This document shows, piece after piece, positions 37,528 to 46,700 of a stretch of 64,000 nt of DNA. The stretch comes from a bacterium (GTDB lineage Bacteria; Patescibacteriota; Minisyncoccia; Phycocordibacterales; Phycocordibacteraceae). Position 1 is the first letter of the stretch. Every line of letters starts with the position of its first letter. The notes beneath the pieces are model-generated. The model was not told where the DNA came from and searched no databases. It worked only from the letters and a program-made list of their open reading frames with translations. Where the stretch lies: the NCBI GenBank assembly GCA_037200965.1, contig JBBCGK010000001.1, forward strand, positions 800,001-864,000, written 5' to 3'. Position numbers and translations under genes: made by a program.

Positions 37528-38763
37528 TTGCACGAACCTATGCACACCATTGCAGCAAAACTCGGAGCGATGGCGATTGCGCCGTTCATGCTGTTCTCCG
37601 CACACGCGCAGACGCAGCATGCGCCGCCCAAGACGCCCGCGCCCGAACATCCTAAGCCCGAGCTCTCCTGCACGACGCTCGAGCACAATCTTTCCTTCGG
37701 CTCCAGGGACTCGAACACCGACGGGGAAGTGAGCGAACTGCAGGCGTTCCTTCGGGCCGACGGCTATCTGAAGGCCGCCGTCTCGGGGACGTATGGCGCG
37801 GCGACCGCGCGCGCCGTGGCGAGCTTCCAGCGCGACGAGCATATCGCCGCGACCGGCTCCGCGGGTCCTAAGACGCGCGCCGCGATCGAGTCGGCAAGCT
37901 GCGGCGAAGCGTCCGCGGACCTCTCGATCTCCGGGATCGACGCGCCGACCGCCCTTGCGATAGGCGCGGAAGGTACGTGGATCGTGAACGTCGATCAGAA
38001 GGGCGACGGCAATCTCCGCTACTCGGTCAAATGGGGCGACGAGGGCAAGGCGAGGATGATGGCGCTTTCCGCTTCGGAAGAGACCTCTTCTTCCGCGACA
38101 TTCACCCACGCCTATGACAGCGCGGGTACGTACGCGCCCGAGTTCACCGTGACCGACGAGAGCGGCCATACGGCCACCAAAGTCGCGGCTACGGTGACGG
38201 TCGGAAGCGAAGCGGCGGCAGCGCACATCGCGTCGATCGCTCCGAAGTACGGGTATGCGGGAGCAACCGCGACCCTTACGGGCACCGGCTTCCTCGCGGA
38301 TAGCAAGGTGAGCTTCGGCGGCACCGATGCGGAGAACGTCACGGTCATAAGCGACACGTCCGTGACCTTTACCGTCCCGGCGGTCGACCCCGGCACCTAC
38401 GACGTCGCCCTTACGAACGGGAACGGCACGAGCAACGCGGTTTCCTTCAAAGTAATCGCGAAGCCCGCGGCCAAGCTCTCGATCTCGGGAATCGACGCTC
38501 CGGTGAAGCTCTCGGTTGATCAGGAGGGGACGTGGACGGTCCATGCGGATACGAACACGTCCGGCAGCCTCCACTACAGCGTGACATGGGGCGACGAAGG
38601 GGCCATGCGCTCGATGCTTGCGTCGAAGGGTACGGTTCAGACTTCCTCGACCTTCACCCACAGCTACGCGAAGGCGGGGACGTATGCCCCGAAGTTCACG
38701 GTTTCTGACGACAGCGGCAAGAGCGCGTCCGTAAGCGCGACGGTCGTCGTCCGAGCGAAGTAA
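37528..38763 (+). CDS. Secreted peptidoglycan-binding protein with PKD-like and IPT/TIG repeats
   Basis: Signal peptide; PG_binding_1-like GEVSELQAFLRADGY...ARAVASFQRDE; two LSISGIDAP...YSV(K/T)WGDEG repeats; IPT segment ATLTGTGF...VTFTVPAVDPGTYDVALTN. Confidence 0.65.
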   Translation: MHEPMHTIAAKLGAMAIAPFMLFSAHAQTQHAPPKTPAPEHPKPELSCTTLEHNLSFGSRDSNTDGEVSELQAFLRADGYLKAAVSGTYGAATARAVASFQRDEHIAATGSAGPKTRAAIESASCGEASADLSISGIDAPTALAIGAEGTWIVNVDQKGDGNLRYSVKWGDEGKARMMALSASEETSSSATFTHAYDSAGTYAPEFTVTDESGHTATKVAATVTVGSEAAAAHIASIAPKYGYAGATATLTGTGFLADSKVSFGGTDAENVTVISDTSVTFTVPAVDPGTYDVALTNGNGTSNAVSFKVIAKPAAKLSISGIDAPVKLSVDQEGTWTVHADTNTSGSLHYSVTWGDEGAMRSMLASKGTVQTSSTFTHSYAKAGTYAPKFTVSDDSGKSASVSATVVVRAK

Positions 38764-38782
38764 GTTCTTAGTGTTCTTTAAA

Positions 38783-38823
38783 GCGGAAACCCCGCGCGGC
38801 CCCTGGCCGCGCGGGGTTTCCGC
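38783..38823 (+). terminator. Perfect 19-bp GC-rich hairpin (3-nt loop), likely factor-independent terminator
   Basis: GCGGAAACCCCGCGCGGCC-cct-GGCCGCGCGGGGTTTCCGC immediately after the stop at 38763. Confidence 0.45.
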
Positions 38824-38855
38824 TGCGCATAAAGGCCATAGAGTAGAATGGCGGG

Positions 38856-39218
38856 ATGGACAGCTTTGCATTTGGCGACAGCCCGGCAATGGCCGATGAA
38901 CTCCTCGGTCTCGTACTAAGCGGCAAGAAGACCGCTACGGCCTGGGCTGCAAGCCAGGGAATCAAAGGGACGGAAGTAGGAAAGCGCGAAGTTATTAAGG
39001 ATGGCGCGGGAAGAGAGCGCGTGATTATTGAAACCACGGAGATCGTACCCCGTCCATTCTCTGAGGTCGACGCGAGCTTCGCGCGCGATGAAGGCGAAGG
39101 TGACCTGTCCCTCGCGTATTGGCGGCAGGCGCACAAGAGATACTTCACCCGCGAAGGCACGTATGCGGATGATATGGAGGTGTATTGCCAGCGTTTCCGC
39201 ATCGTGGAGGTTTTGTAG
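38856..39218 (+). CDS. ASCH-domain protein
   Basis: 120 aa with a PUA-like ASCH pattern (ELLGLVLSGKKTATAW...). Confidence 0.55.
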   Translation: MDSFAFGDSPAMADELLGLVLSGKKTATAWAASQGIKGTEVGKREVIKDGAGRERVIIETTEIVPRPFSEVDASFARDEGEGDLSLAYWRQAHKRYFTREGTYADDMEVYCQRFRIVEVL

Positions 39219-39238
39219 GGGAAGGTTATACTTATCCC

Positions 39239-39646
39239 ATGGCCGAGGCATTCAACCATCAGGCGCTTGGTTTGAGCAAAGACCGCCCGCTGGTCTATAC
39301 GGCGATGTCCAAGCATCTTTTCTATTACCGCATGTTCATTTCGAAATATGTTCTCGAGAACGGTGCCGTCCCGCTCAATCCTTTCATGGTGTTCGATTAT
39401 TTTTTGCTTGATGCCGTCGACCGCGACCTTGTCCGGGAGGGGAATAACAATCTCGTAAAAAGATGCGACGAGTTTTGGGTCTTTGGGGCCGTGAGCAACG
39501 GCGTTCTCGCGGAAATCAAGATCGCCCGCGCGAAAGGGAAACCCGTCAAGTATTTCAAGATAGAAAAGCCGCACAAAATCGTGCCGGTCGAGAAAGAACA
39601 GGTAGAACTCGAAGCGGATATAGAAGCATTCAGGTCAGAATTGTAG
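39239..39646 (+). CDS. Hypothetical protein
   Basis: 135 aa from ATG 39239; good coding signal but no motif. Confidence 0.4.
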   Translation: MAEAFNHQALGLSKDRPLVYTAMSKHLFYYRMFISKYVLENGAVPLNPFMVFDYFLLDAVDRDLVREGNNNLVKRCDEFWVFGAVSNGVLAEIKIARAKGKPVKYFKIEKPHKIVPVEKEQVELEADIEAFRSEL

Positions 39647-39653
39647 CCGCGCC

Positions 39654-40067
39654 ATGGGTACCATTACTTTCACGGTCTCCCTCAAAGAGGTACGACCATC
39701 GGATCTCTCCGGATTTTTCGTCGGCTGGCAGACTCCGCCTTCACCGGAAAAGTTCCTGCGGTTGCTGACCAACAGCGAATACCGGGTACTGGCGCTCGAC
39801 GGCGAGAAAGTCGTCGGTTTCATCACCGCCATAACGGACAAGACACTTGCCGCATACATCCCGTTTCTCGAAGTACTGCCTGAATATCAAGGCAGAGGAA
39901 TAGGGCAGAAACTCGTAAAACAAATGCTCGATCTTCTAAGCGAGTATTACATGGTTGATCTGCTCTGTGATGCGGAACTCCAGCCTTTTTACGAGAAGCT
40001 CGGCATGAAAAAGACGGCAGGGATGATGGTACGGAATTATGCAAAACAGAGCGGCTTGGATATATAA
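39654..40067 (+). CDS. GNAT family N-acetyltransferase
   Basis: EYQGRGIGQKLVKQM acetyl-CoA motif. Confidence 0.7.
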   Translation: MGTITFTVSLKEVRPSDLSGFFVGWQTPPSPEKFLRLLTNSEYRVLALDGEKVVGFITAITDKTLAAYIPFLEVLPEYQGRGIGQKLVKQMLDLLSEYYMVDLLCDAELQPFYEKLGMKKTAGMMVRNYAKQSGLDI

Positions 40068-40095
40068 AACCCGAGAAGATCCGTCTTCCTGTCCT

Positions 40096-40527
40096 TTATA
40101 GGGCCGCTTTAATTGTGCCAGCAATCTCAACCAACTCTTCGTCAGGACTTTTAGCGCGGCTTCCGGGACGATACAGGAAGACCCGCGGATCGTACCGATG
40201 AATACCCGCATCACCTTCTGTGCGGGGAACGACGTGAAGATGGAAATGAGGAACCGCCTGGCCGCCCATTTCTCCGTGATTCCATGCAAAGTTAAACCCC
40301 TTCGCGTCAAAGACTTTTTCCAGTGCCGTCTGCAGCTTATTCCTAAGATCCTCGATTGCCAGCTGTTCGTATGAAGTCAGCTCCCCATAATATTCAACGT
40401 GGCGTTTGGGAGAAACGAGGAGATGGCCGGGAGTAATCGGCAGGTTCGTCGGAAAAGCAAATGCGAGTTCGTTTTCAACCACGATCTGTTTCTGGATTTC
40501 GGGATTTTCACAAAATACGCAGCTCAT
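40096..40527 (-). CDS. HIT family hydrolase
   Basis: Histidine triad HFHLHVVPR plus an N-terminal C-x-x-C. Confidence 0.75.
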   Translation of the reverse strand: MSCVFCENPEIQKQIVVENELAFAFPTNLPITPGHLLVSPKRHVEYYGELTSYEQLAIEDLRNKLQTALEKVFDAKGFNFAWNHGEMGGQAVPHFHLHVVPRTEGDAGIHRYDPRVFLYRPGSRAKSPDEELVEIAGTIKAAL

Positions 40528-40611
40528 GCAGGGAGTATACAGTAAACGATCCCGACGCTCTGCTCCGGATTATGTATCTGCAGCGGCTGTCTTGGTATAA
40601 AATGTCCTTCT

Positions 40612-41286
40612 ATGCAGTTGTCGGAATTGCAGGGAAATCTATATCGAGATACGTATCTTTTCGATCCGGTATCGTACGGAAGGATATTCGCATTCGTGGA
40701 TTTCGCGAATGTCCGGCACTGGGCAAAGAGTTTTTGGCCTATAGAGAACAGGCTCTTCCTCCAAAAGGAGATTGATATCAGCAAGGTGGGGAAAGTCATA
40801 GACACTGTTAAGCCAAGCAGAAAGTTCTTCTACTATGGATACCACCGGGAACATCCCGAGCTCTCTGCACAGCATGAATTAAATAAGAAGCATCGGAAAT
40901 CGTGGTACCGTATAGCTAAAGCACAGGACTGCGGGTTCTCCACACGCCAGAAAGAGATAAAGGAGATCAACGATTTCGACGAGGACGGAAAATTCGTCGG
41001 CGTGCGTAGGAAGTGCAATTTCGATATCGAGATGGCTATGGACATGCTGCGACATGTCGAGCAATACGATACGGTATTCCTACGGTCCGGCGACAGCGAC
41101 TTCCATAAGCTTCTTCTCTATCTGAAGGAAAAGAAAAAGAAGCAGGTCATTACGGTTTGCGCACGGGACTTCGTAAGCAAGGAGGTGGATGAGTGTTCTG
41201 ATCTTTTCATTCCCGCAGATCCATTCAAGGATATTCTCGAGTATGTAAAAGACACCTCCCCCGGCTTGCGCCAGGGGAGGGCATAA
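40612..41286 (+). CDS. NYN-domain (LabA-like PIN) protein
   Basis: FAFVDFANV N-terminal Asp and LRSGDSDFHKLL central Asp cluster typical of NYN/LabA. Confidence 0.6.
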   Translation: MQLSELQGNLYRDTYLFDPVSYGRIFAFVDFANVRHWAKSFWPIENRLFLQKEIDISKVGKVIDTVKPSRKFFYYGYHREHPELSAQHELNKKHRKSWYRIAKAQDCGFSTRQKEIKEINDFDEDGKFVGVRRKCNFDIEMAMDMLRHVEQYDTVFLRSGDSDFHKLLLYLKEKKKKQVITVCARDFVSKEVDECSDLFIPADPFKDILEYVKDTSPGLRQGRA

Positions 41287-41486
41287 ATACGATCCTAATT
41301 ACCTCTAGGTAAGGATAGCTTGCGCTATAGGCAACAGTATACACTGATAGCAGTGTATAGGCAACTTTTCCACATGCCGCACCACGGCAAAGAACAAGGC
41401 TAAAAACAGGAACTGCAGACCGTTCACCGTTTCTTTAATGTCGCTTTACGACGTCAGAGTAAAGCAGGTCGTAGTAAGATAATTCT

Positions 41487-42221
41487 ATGTCCGAGCAGAC
41501 ATATTTCGATATCAACAAATTCCCCAAGGATTGGGGGATCATCGTGTTTCCGATCTCGATGAGCCGGATCGGAAACGCGCAGTCGCCGCAGGCCTGCATC
41601 GACGCGATGCGTTTTTTCCTGGATAAGATGACGGCGAACAGGGTAGGGGCGAATTTTATCTATTCCGAAGGCCTCTATATGAACTTCGAGCGCGACGCGT
41701 TCGAGACCAAGAACCGGTTCGCGAATACCGCGGTATCGCATATGGGCGGCGTGAGGAATCTCTTTCTCAAGAGCAGCAGGGAGCTGCAGATCGATTCCGC
41801 GCTGTCCTTCGAATCCTGGTTCCAGATGTATCTCTCGTACAAGGATTTTTTCAGCGCGTTCAAGAGCGTGCGAAAACTCTATGAGGACGACGCGGACTTC
41901 CGGAACTACGTCGCTTCGGACGCGAAGGCGGCAGGCAAGGAACTCACGGAAGAGCAGCTGAGTTTCTATCTCGAGGAACATACGTTTGCCTACCTTCTTA
42001 TGAACCGCCAGCTCCGGCTGCGCAATGATTTCGTGAACGACCGGGAACAATGGGTTCTTCTGGCATATCCCGGCATGCCGCTCCTCGGGCAGGTTTATCT
42101 GGTACAAAAAGATCCGCTCGGCATTAACGATGATTCGAACCCGTATAAGGGACAGTACAATCTCGAGAAGAAAGTGTTCATTCCATACCTCAAGGTCGAT
42201 CTGGAGAATCCGAATCTATAG
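41487..42221 (+). CDS. Candidate CDPS-family protein, XYP-like variant; paralog of 27539-28285
   Basis: 244 aa with the same N-terminus (F/YFD(L/I)NKFPK..., SM...N.QSP), (F/Y)xLEE, and LLAYP at the position of the Tyr-Pro pair of XYP CDPSs. About 30% identity to the upstream paralog. Confidence 0.45.
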   Translation: MSEQTYFDINKFPKDWGIIVFPISMSRIGNAQSPQACIDAMRFFLDKMTANRVGANFIYSEGLYMNFERDAFETKNRFANTAVSHMGGVRNLFLKSSRELQIDSALSFESWFQMYLSYKDFFSAFKSVRKLYEDDADFRNYVASDAKAAGKELTEEQLSFYLEEHTFAYLLMNRQLRLRNDFVNDREQWVLLAYPGMPLLGQVYLVQKDPLGINDDSNPYKGQYNLEKKVFIPYLKVDLENPNL

Positions 42222-42296
42222 CATCTCCCCTCTTAATCCTTTCTACACCCACCCCGTGGAAATGTATAAGCATTATCAGCCTAACCATCCGGAGAA

Positions 42297-42488
42297 ATGG
42301 CACGGTACGGAAAGAAAGCGCAGAGCAAGAAGCGCGCGATGCACGAGATGAAGCGCGGGAAACTGAAGTCGGGAAAAAGCGGCAAGAAAGTCACGAGCCG
42401 TAAGCAGGCGATAGCCATAGGACTTTCCGAAGCCCGGAAAGCGGGCGGCAAGGTGCCGCGCAAACGGGCCCGGAAATCAGGGAAGTAG
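42297..42488 (+). CDS. Small Lys/Arg-rich protein
   Basis: 63 aa, highly basic; widely conserved small-protein type. Confidence 0.45.
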   Translation: MARYGKKAQSKKRAMHEMKRGKLKSGKSGKKVTSRKQAIAIGLSEARKAGGKVPRKRARKSGK

Positions 42489-42521
42489 AAGGGCGGCCCA
42501 GCCCGGGGTATACTGCTTGGC

Positions 42522-43103
42522 ATGAAACCAACAATCGTCGTGCCAATCGCAGTCCTAGGAGTCCTTATCGTCATCGGAGCCGCCGCCCTTATCTTCATCC
42601 CTGCGGCCCACGCTCCGGTGCCCGAAGCCGCAACGACAACGTCCGCTGCGGGAACAGCTACTTCGACTCCTCTTCCTGCCGCGCAGGCTCCCGCTCCGAT
42701 GGTGCCGCTTAAGGCTACGAATGTAAGCAACGAGACGGTCTGGCGCGAGTTTACGGGACTAGGCTGGACGCTTCCGTTCTCTTTCCAGCCCTCATGGGCG
42801 GTCGCGGCCGACAAAAACCAGAACAGCATGGTGACGCAGGTAAGGCTCGCCGCAAGCGATACCAGCATTCTCATCAGCAAGAACCAACGCATCGGCATGC
42901 CTTCGAAGGTCGCGTTCTCGACCTCGACGCGCTCCATTGCCGGACAGAACGTAACGGTGACGCGCTTCGACAACCCGAATCCGAAGTACGCGTACTACCT
43001 GTACTTCGACGTTCCGGTCGGCACCGACACGTATTATTTCTCCCTCGACAGCGCGACGACTTCGATGAAGGTCGCGAACGACTTCATCAGTCTTATCAAA
43101 TAA
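42522..43103 (+). CDS. Secreted hypothetical protein
   Basis: Signal/TM helix then a mixed beta-rich domain. Confidence 0.45.
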   Translation: MKPTIVVPIAVLGVLIVIGAAALIFIPAAHAPVPEAATTTSAAGTATSTPLPAAQAPAPMVPLKATNVSNETVWREFTGLGWTLPFSFQPSWAVAADKNQNSMVTQVRLAASDTSILISKNQRIGMPSKVAFSTSTRSIAGQNVTVTRFDNPNPKYAYYLYFDVPVGTDTYYFSLDSATTSMKVANDFISLIK

Positions 43104-43104
43104 G

Positions 43105-43338
43105 ATGGCTACGGAAGAATTCAAGGTAAGCGGGGAGGAACTCATCAGGAAAGTGAAGGAGCTTATCAAAGCCGGGAACGCCAGGCGCATTATCATCAAG
43201 AACGAGAAGGGAAAGACGGTGATCGAGATTCCCCTTACGGTCGGCGCCGTCGGCGCGCTCATAGCTCCCGCGCTCGCGGCCGTGGGTGCTATCGCAGCCC
43301 TTGTCACCAAATGCACGATCGTCGTTGAACGGCGGTAA
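43105..43338 (+). CDS. DUF4342-like small protein
   Basis: EEL(I)RKVKELIKAGNARRIIIKNEKGKTVIEIPLTVGAVGAL pattern. Confidence 0.5.
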   Translation: MATEEFKVSGEELIRKVKELIKAGNARRIIIKNEKGKTVIEIPLTVGAVGALIAPALAAVGAIAALVTKCTIVVERR

Positions 43339-43347
43339 ACAAAGCGG

Positions 43348-43935
43348 TTGATGAAGAGAATCGCGTACATCATTCCGGGGTACGGCGAATCTCACACAAG
43401 GCAACGCGGGTATGATGCTCTCGCCGAGATGTTCAAGGCGAAGGGAATTGTGCCCGTACATATAGAAATCGATTGGCACGGGAAGAAGCCATCCCGGTTC
43501 GGCGAATACGCCAAACAATTTCTGCAGCAGTACGAAAAGCCGCGGCAGACCGAAACATACATACTTGGCTTCTCGTTCGGGGCGATTATCGCGCTTATAA
43601 GCGCGAAGCAGGCGAAACCGACGAATCTTATCTTATGCTCGCCTTCTCCCTTTTTCACGGAAGATATGAAAACCTTCAAGCCCGCTTTGCGTAAATGGTG
43701 GAAAGAAAACTTCGTCGAAAGCGACTATTCATTCGACGCAATTGCCCCGATGATACGACAGAAGACCTATGTGATAGTGGGTGATAAGGAGGACGTCGAA
43801 TGCGGGAAGCGGGCGAGAGCTGCCAAGCGAAACATCAGGAACAGCCAGCTCGTAACTGCCAAAGGGGCGAAACACAATATAAGCCAGAAAGAGTACCTGG
43901 CAGCGGTTTGGAAGGTCGTCTCAAAACTGCGATGA
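43348..43935 (+). CDS. Alpha/beta hydrolase-fold protein
   Basis: GFSFGA nucleophile-elbow-like motif; 195 aa. Confidence 0.5.
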   Translation: MMKRIAYIIPGYGESHTRQRGYDALAEMFKAKGIVPVHIEIDWHGKKPSRFGEYAKQFLQQYEKPRQTETYILGFSFGAIIALISAKQAKPTNLILCSPSPFFTEDMKTFKPALRKWWKENFVESDYSFDAIAPMIRQKTYVIVGDKEDVECGKRARAAKRNIRNSQLVTAKGAKHNISQKEYLAAVWKVVSKLR

Positions 43936-44297
43936 AAACCTACAAAGCCATCTCGCTCAAGCAGCCGTTCGCGAACTGGGTCGCGGAAGGGAAGAAAACG
44001 ATCGAGACGAGGAAGTGGAATACGAAATACCGGGGCGACCTGGTAATTTGTTCTTCAAAAAAGCCCGCTATCGATCCGGCGGGCTATGCGCTTTGCCTCG
44101 TCGAGCTCTACGACACGTGGCCGATGCGCAAGGAAGACGAGACGGGCGCCTGCTGCAAGCTCTACGACGGCGCATACGCCTGGCTCATCCGGAATGTCCG
44201 GCCCATACATCCGCCGGTGCCCGTAAAAGGGCAGCTGAGTATCTTCGACTTCGAGCTTCCCCTGGGGTATGATGGAGTAAATAAAAACCCGGTTTAG
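43932..44297 (+). CDS. ASCH-domain protein
   Basis: KAISLKQPFANWVAEGKKTIETR N-terminus typical of ASCH; ATGA overlap with the upstream gene. Confidence 0.5.
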   Translation: MKTYKAISLKQPFANWVAEGKKTIETRKWNTKYRGDLVICSSKKPAIDPAGYALCLVELYDTWPMRKEDETGACCKLYDGAYAWLIRNVRPIHPPVPVKGQLSIFDFELPLGYDGVNKNPV

Positions 44298-44299
44298 CT

Positions 44300-44656
44300 A
44301 TGCCGTCTCTCAGAACTCCCGAAGTAGTCGCCAAATATCTTGCGCATCGGGAAAGCCGCAAAGGCAGTGATTCGTGCGAGCTATGCGAGAAGCTCGCGAC
44401 CAAAGAGTTTACCTATTGGAAAGTTGTTGAAAACGACTTCCCTTACGGACAGATCGCCAAGACGCACCATATGCTCGTGCCGCTCAGGCATACGACAGAA
44501 GACGGTCTCACCGACAGCGAGCTGGCGGAACAGAAGCTTATCAAACGCGGATTCGTGAACGAGGGATACGACTGGATCATCGAAGCGACGCACAAGAACA
44601 GGTCGATCCCGTCGCATTTCCATCTGCACCTTATCGTCCAGAAAGAATCCGCATGA
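44300..44656 (+). CDS. HIT-like protein
   Basis: C-terminal HFHLHLIV histidine triad and an N-terminal CELCE. Confidence 0.55.
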   Translation: MPSLRTPEVVAKYLAHRESRKGSDSCELCEKLATKEFTYWKVVENDFPYGQIAKTHHMLVPLRHTTEDGLTDSELAEQKLIKRGFVNEGYDWIIEATHKNRSIPSHFHLHLIVQKESA

Positions 44657-45270
44657 CCAAGCCGAAAGCCGTAATCTATGACAACGACGGCATGCTTATG
44701 CACGGAGGCCGTTTCAGCGAACAGTATTCAAGAGAGTTCGGCGTTGATCTCGCCGTGATGTCCCGATTTTTCGAGACCTCCTTCAAGCTATGTCTCATAG
44801 GGAAAGCGGATTTAAGGGAAGAACTAGCAAAGGTACTTGAGGACTGGGAATGGAAAGGAACGGCCGATGAACTTATGCGTTACTGGTTTTCTATCGGCGA
44901 TACGCTATACGAAGATACGCATGCGTCTGTCGGCAAACTCAAGGAACAAGGCGTGGTCGTATGTCTTGCGACGAACCAGGAGAAGTATCGACTTCAATAT
45001 CTAACGAAGAAGTTTTCATACGATTCGCTATTTGACGAAATATTCTCCTCATCCGAACTCGGAGCGCTTAAGCATAGCGAGGAAGGACTGGAGAAGATAT
45101 CCCGGAAACTAAAGGAGGCGCATTCCATCGCCGACAGGGGCGAGGTTATGTACTGGGATGACCGGGAAAGCCAAATCAAGAACCTTGGTGAGGGAGGGTT
45201 CAATGCGCAGCTTTATACAGACTATCCCGCTTTCAGAAAGACGCTGGAAGAATACGGGCTTCGATTGTAG
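44653..45270 (+). CDS. HAD-superfamily hydrolase
   Basis: Motif I VIYDNDGML (DxDG). Confidence 0.7.
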   Translation: MTKPKAVIYDNDGMLMHGGRFSEQYSREFGVDLAVMSRFFETSFKLCLIGKADLREELAKVLEDWEWKGTADELMRYWFSIGDTLYEDTHASVGKLKEQGVVVCLATNQEKYRLQYLTKKFSYDSLFDEIFSSSELGALKHSEEGLEKISRKLKEAHSIADRGEVMYWDDRESQIKNLGEGGFNAQLYTDYPAFRKTLEEYGLRL

Positions 45271-45303
45271 TCCACCGTTTTCATTTCTTGCTACAATACC
45301 CGT

Positions 45304-46689
45304 ATGGAAGACATCAAGGAGAAGTGCGGCGTCTTCGGGGTCTATGGCAGAGGACTCGAGGCCGCACGCCTTACCTTCTTCGGCCTCTTCGCGCTTCAGC
45401 ACCGCGGACAGGAAAGTTCGGGAATAACGGTTTCCGGCGGCGAGCGCCTCTTCTCGCACAAGGGCATGGGGCTCGTGATGCAGGTATTCGCGGAGAAGGA
45501 TATCGAGAATCTTGCGGGGCATGCGGCCATAGGCCATAACCGGTATTCGACGACGGGCGGGTCGCTTCCGGAGCATATCCAGCCGTTCGTGGTGCGCTCG
45601 GGTACGCTCGCACTCGCGCATAACGGCAACCTTCCGTCGACGAAGGCGCTTGAGGAGTTCCTCGCGAGCCGCGGAAAGAATGCCGCGGGCTTTTCCGATT
45701 CGAAGCTCATCATCGAGGCGATATCGGTATATATGGACGACGGGCTTTCCGTCGAGGATGCGATAGCGAAGACGTATCCCTTGATGACGGGCGCTTTTTC
45801 GATTGTTATCCTTACGCCCGACAAGTTGATCGCGCTTCGGGACAGCTACGGCATCCGCCCGCTCTCGCTTGCCCGCCTCAACGGCGGGTTTCTCGTCGCG
45901 TCGGAAACGTGCGCTTTTAATCCGATGGGCGCGGTCTTCGAGCGCGACGTGCGCCCGGGGGAAATGCTGGTGATAAGCGAAGCGGGGCTTATGAGCCGCC
46001 AGCTTGCGGAAGGGAAGGAACAGCTCGACGCGTTCGAATTCGTCTACTTCTCCCGCACCGACAGCGTGCTTATGGGCCGGTCGGTATACGAAGCGCGGCG
46101 GCGCTTCGGTGAAATACTCGCGCGAGAGGCGGACATCGAGGTCGATATCGTCGTGCCCATCCCCGAAACGGGAATTCCGGTCGCCGCGGGTTATGCCGCC
46201 GCGGCAGGCATCACGTATGAGCCCGCGCTCGCTAAAAGCCGCTATATCCAGCGCACGTTCATCGCGCCCGACCAGCATCTGCGCGAGCAGGGCGTGAAGA
46301 TGAAGCTGTCGGCGGTCGCTGATGCGATCAGGGGGAAGCGTGTCGCGATCGCCGACGACTCCATCGTGCGCGGCACGACCTCGAAGCAAATCGTCGCGAT
46401 GCTTTTTGAGGCCGGGGCGAAGGAGGTGCACTTCCTCGTCTCGTCGCCCCCGGTCCGTTTCCCTGATTTCTATGGCATCGATACCCCCAGGCAGGACAAG
46501 CTTCTCGCGGCGAACCATTCGATAGAGGAGATGCGGGAGTATCTTGGCGCGACGTCGCTCCATTTCCTCTCGGTCGGAGGGCTTATCGAAGGCATCGGTC
46601 TCCCGCGGGAAAGTCTCTGCCTCTCCTGCTTTACGGGCGAGTATCCCATAGACCTCGGGGAGAGAGCGGGCGAAGTGTCGTATCGGTAA
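45304..46689 (+). CDS. purF: Amidophosphoribosyltransferase (glutamine PRPP amidotransferase)
   Basis: N-terminal M-CGVFGVYG (Ntn Cys), Gn-AT domain, PRTase motif VAIADDSIVRGTT. Confidence 0.9.
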   Translation: MEDIKEKCGVFGVYGRGLEAARLTFFGLFALQHRGQESSGITVSGGERLFSHKGMGLVMQVFAEKDIENLAGHAAIGHNRYSTTGGSLPEHIQPFVVRSGTLALAHNGNLPSTKALEEFLASRGKNAAGFSDSKLIIEAISVYMDDGLSVEDAIAKTYPLMTGAFSIVILTPDKLIALRDSYGIRPLSLARLNGGFLVASETCAFNPMGAVFERDVRPGEMLVISEAGLMSRQLAEGKEQLDAFEFVYFSRTDSVLMGRSVYEARRRFGEILAREADIEVDIVVPIPETGIPVAAGYAAAAGITYEPALAKSRYIQRTFIAPDQHLREQGVKMKLSAVADAIRGKRVAIADDSIVRGTTSKQIVAMLFEAGAKEVHFLVSSPPVRFPDFYGIDTPRQDKLLAANHSIEEMREYLGATSLHFLSVGGLIEGIGLPRESLCLSCFTGEYPIDLGERAGEVSYR

Positions 46690-46700
46690 AGCCTGAAAGG

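Noticed and set aside
37516-38889. 457-aa minus-strand ORF antisense to the peptidoglycan-binding protein gene
   Set aside because: High-GC antisense artefact; Arg/Gly/Ala-rich low-complexity translation with no motifs. The plus-strand gene has a signal peptide and recognisable domains.
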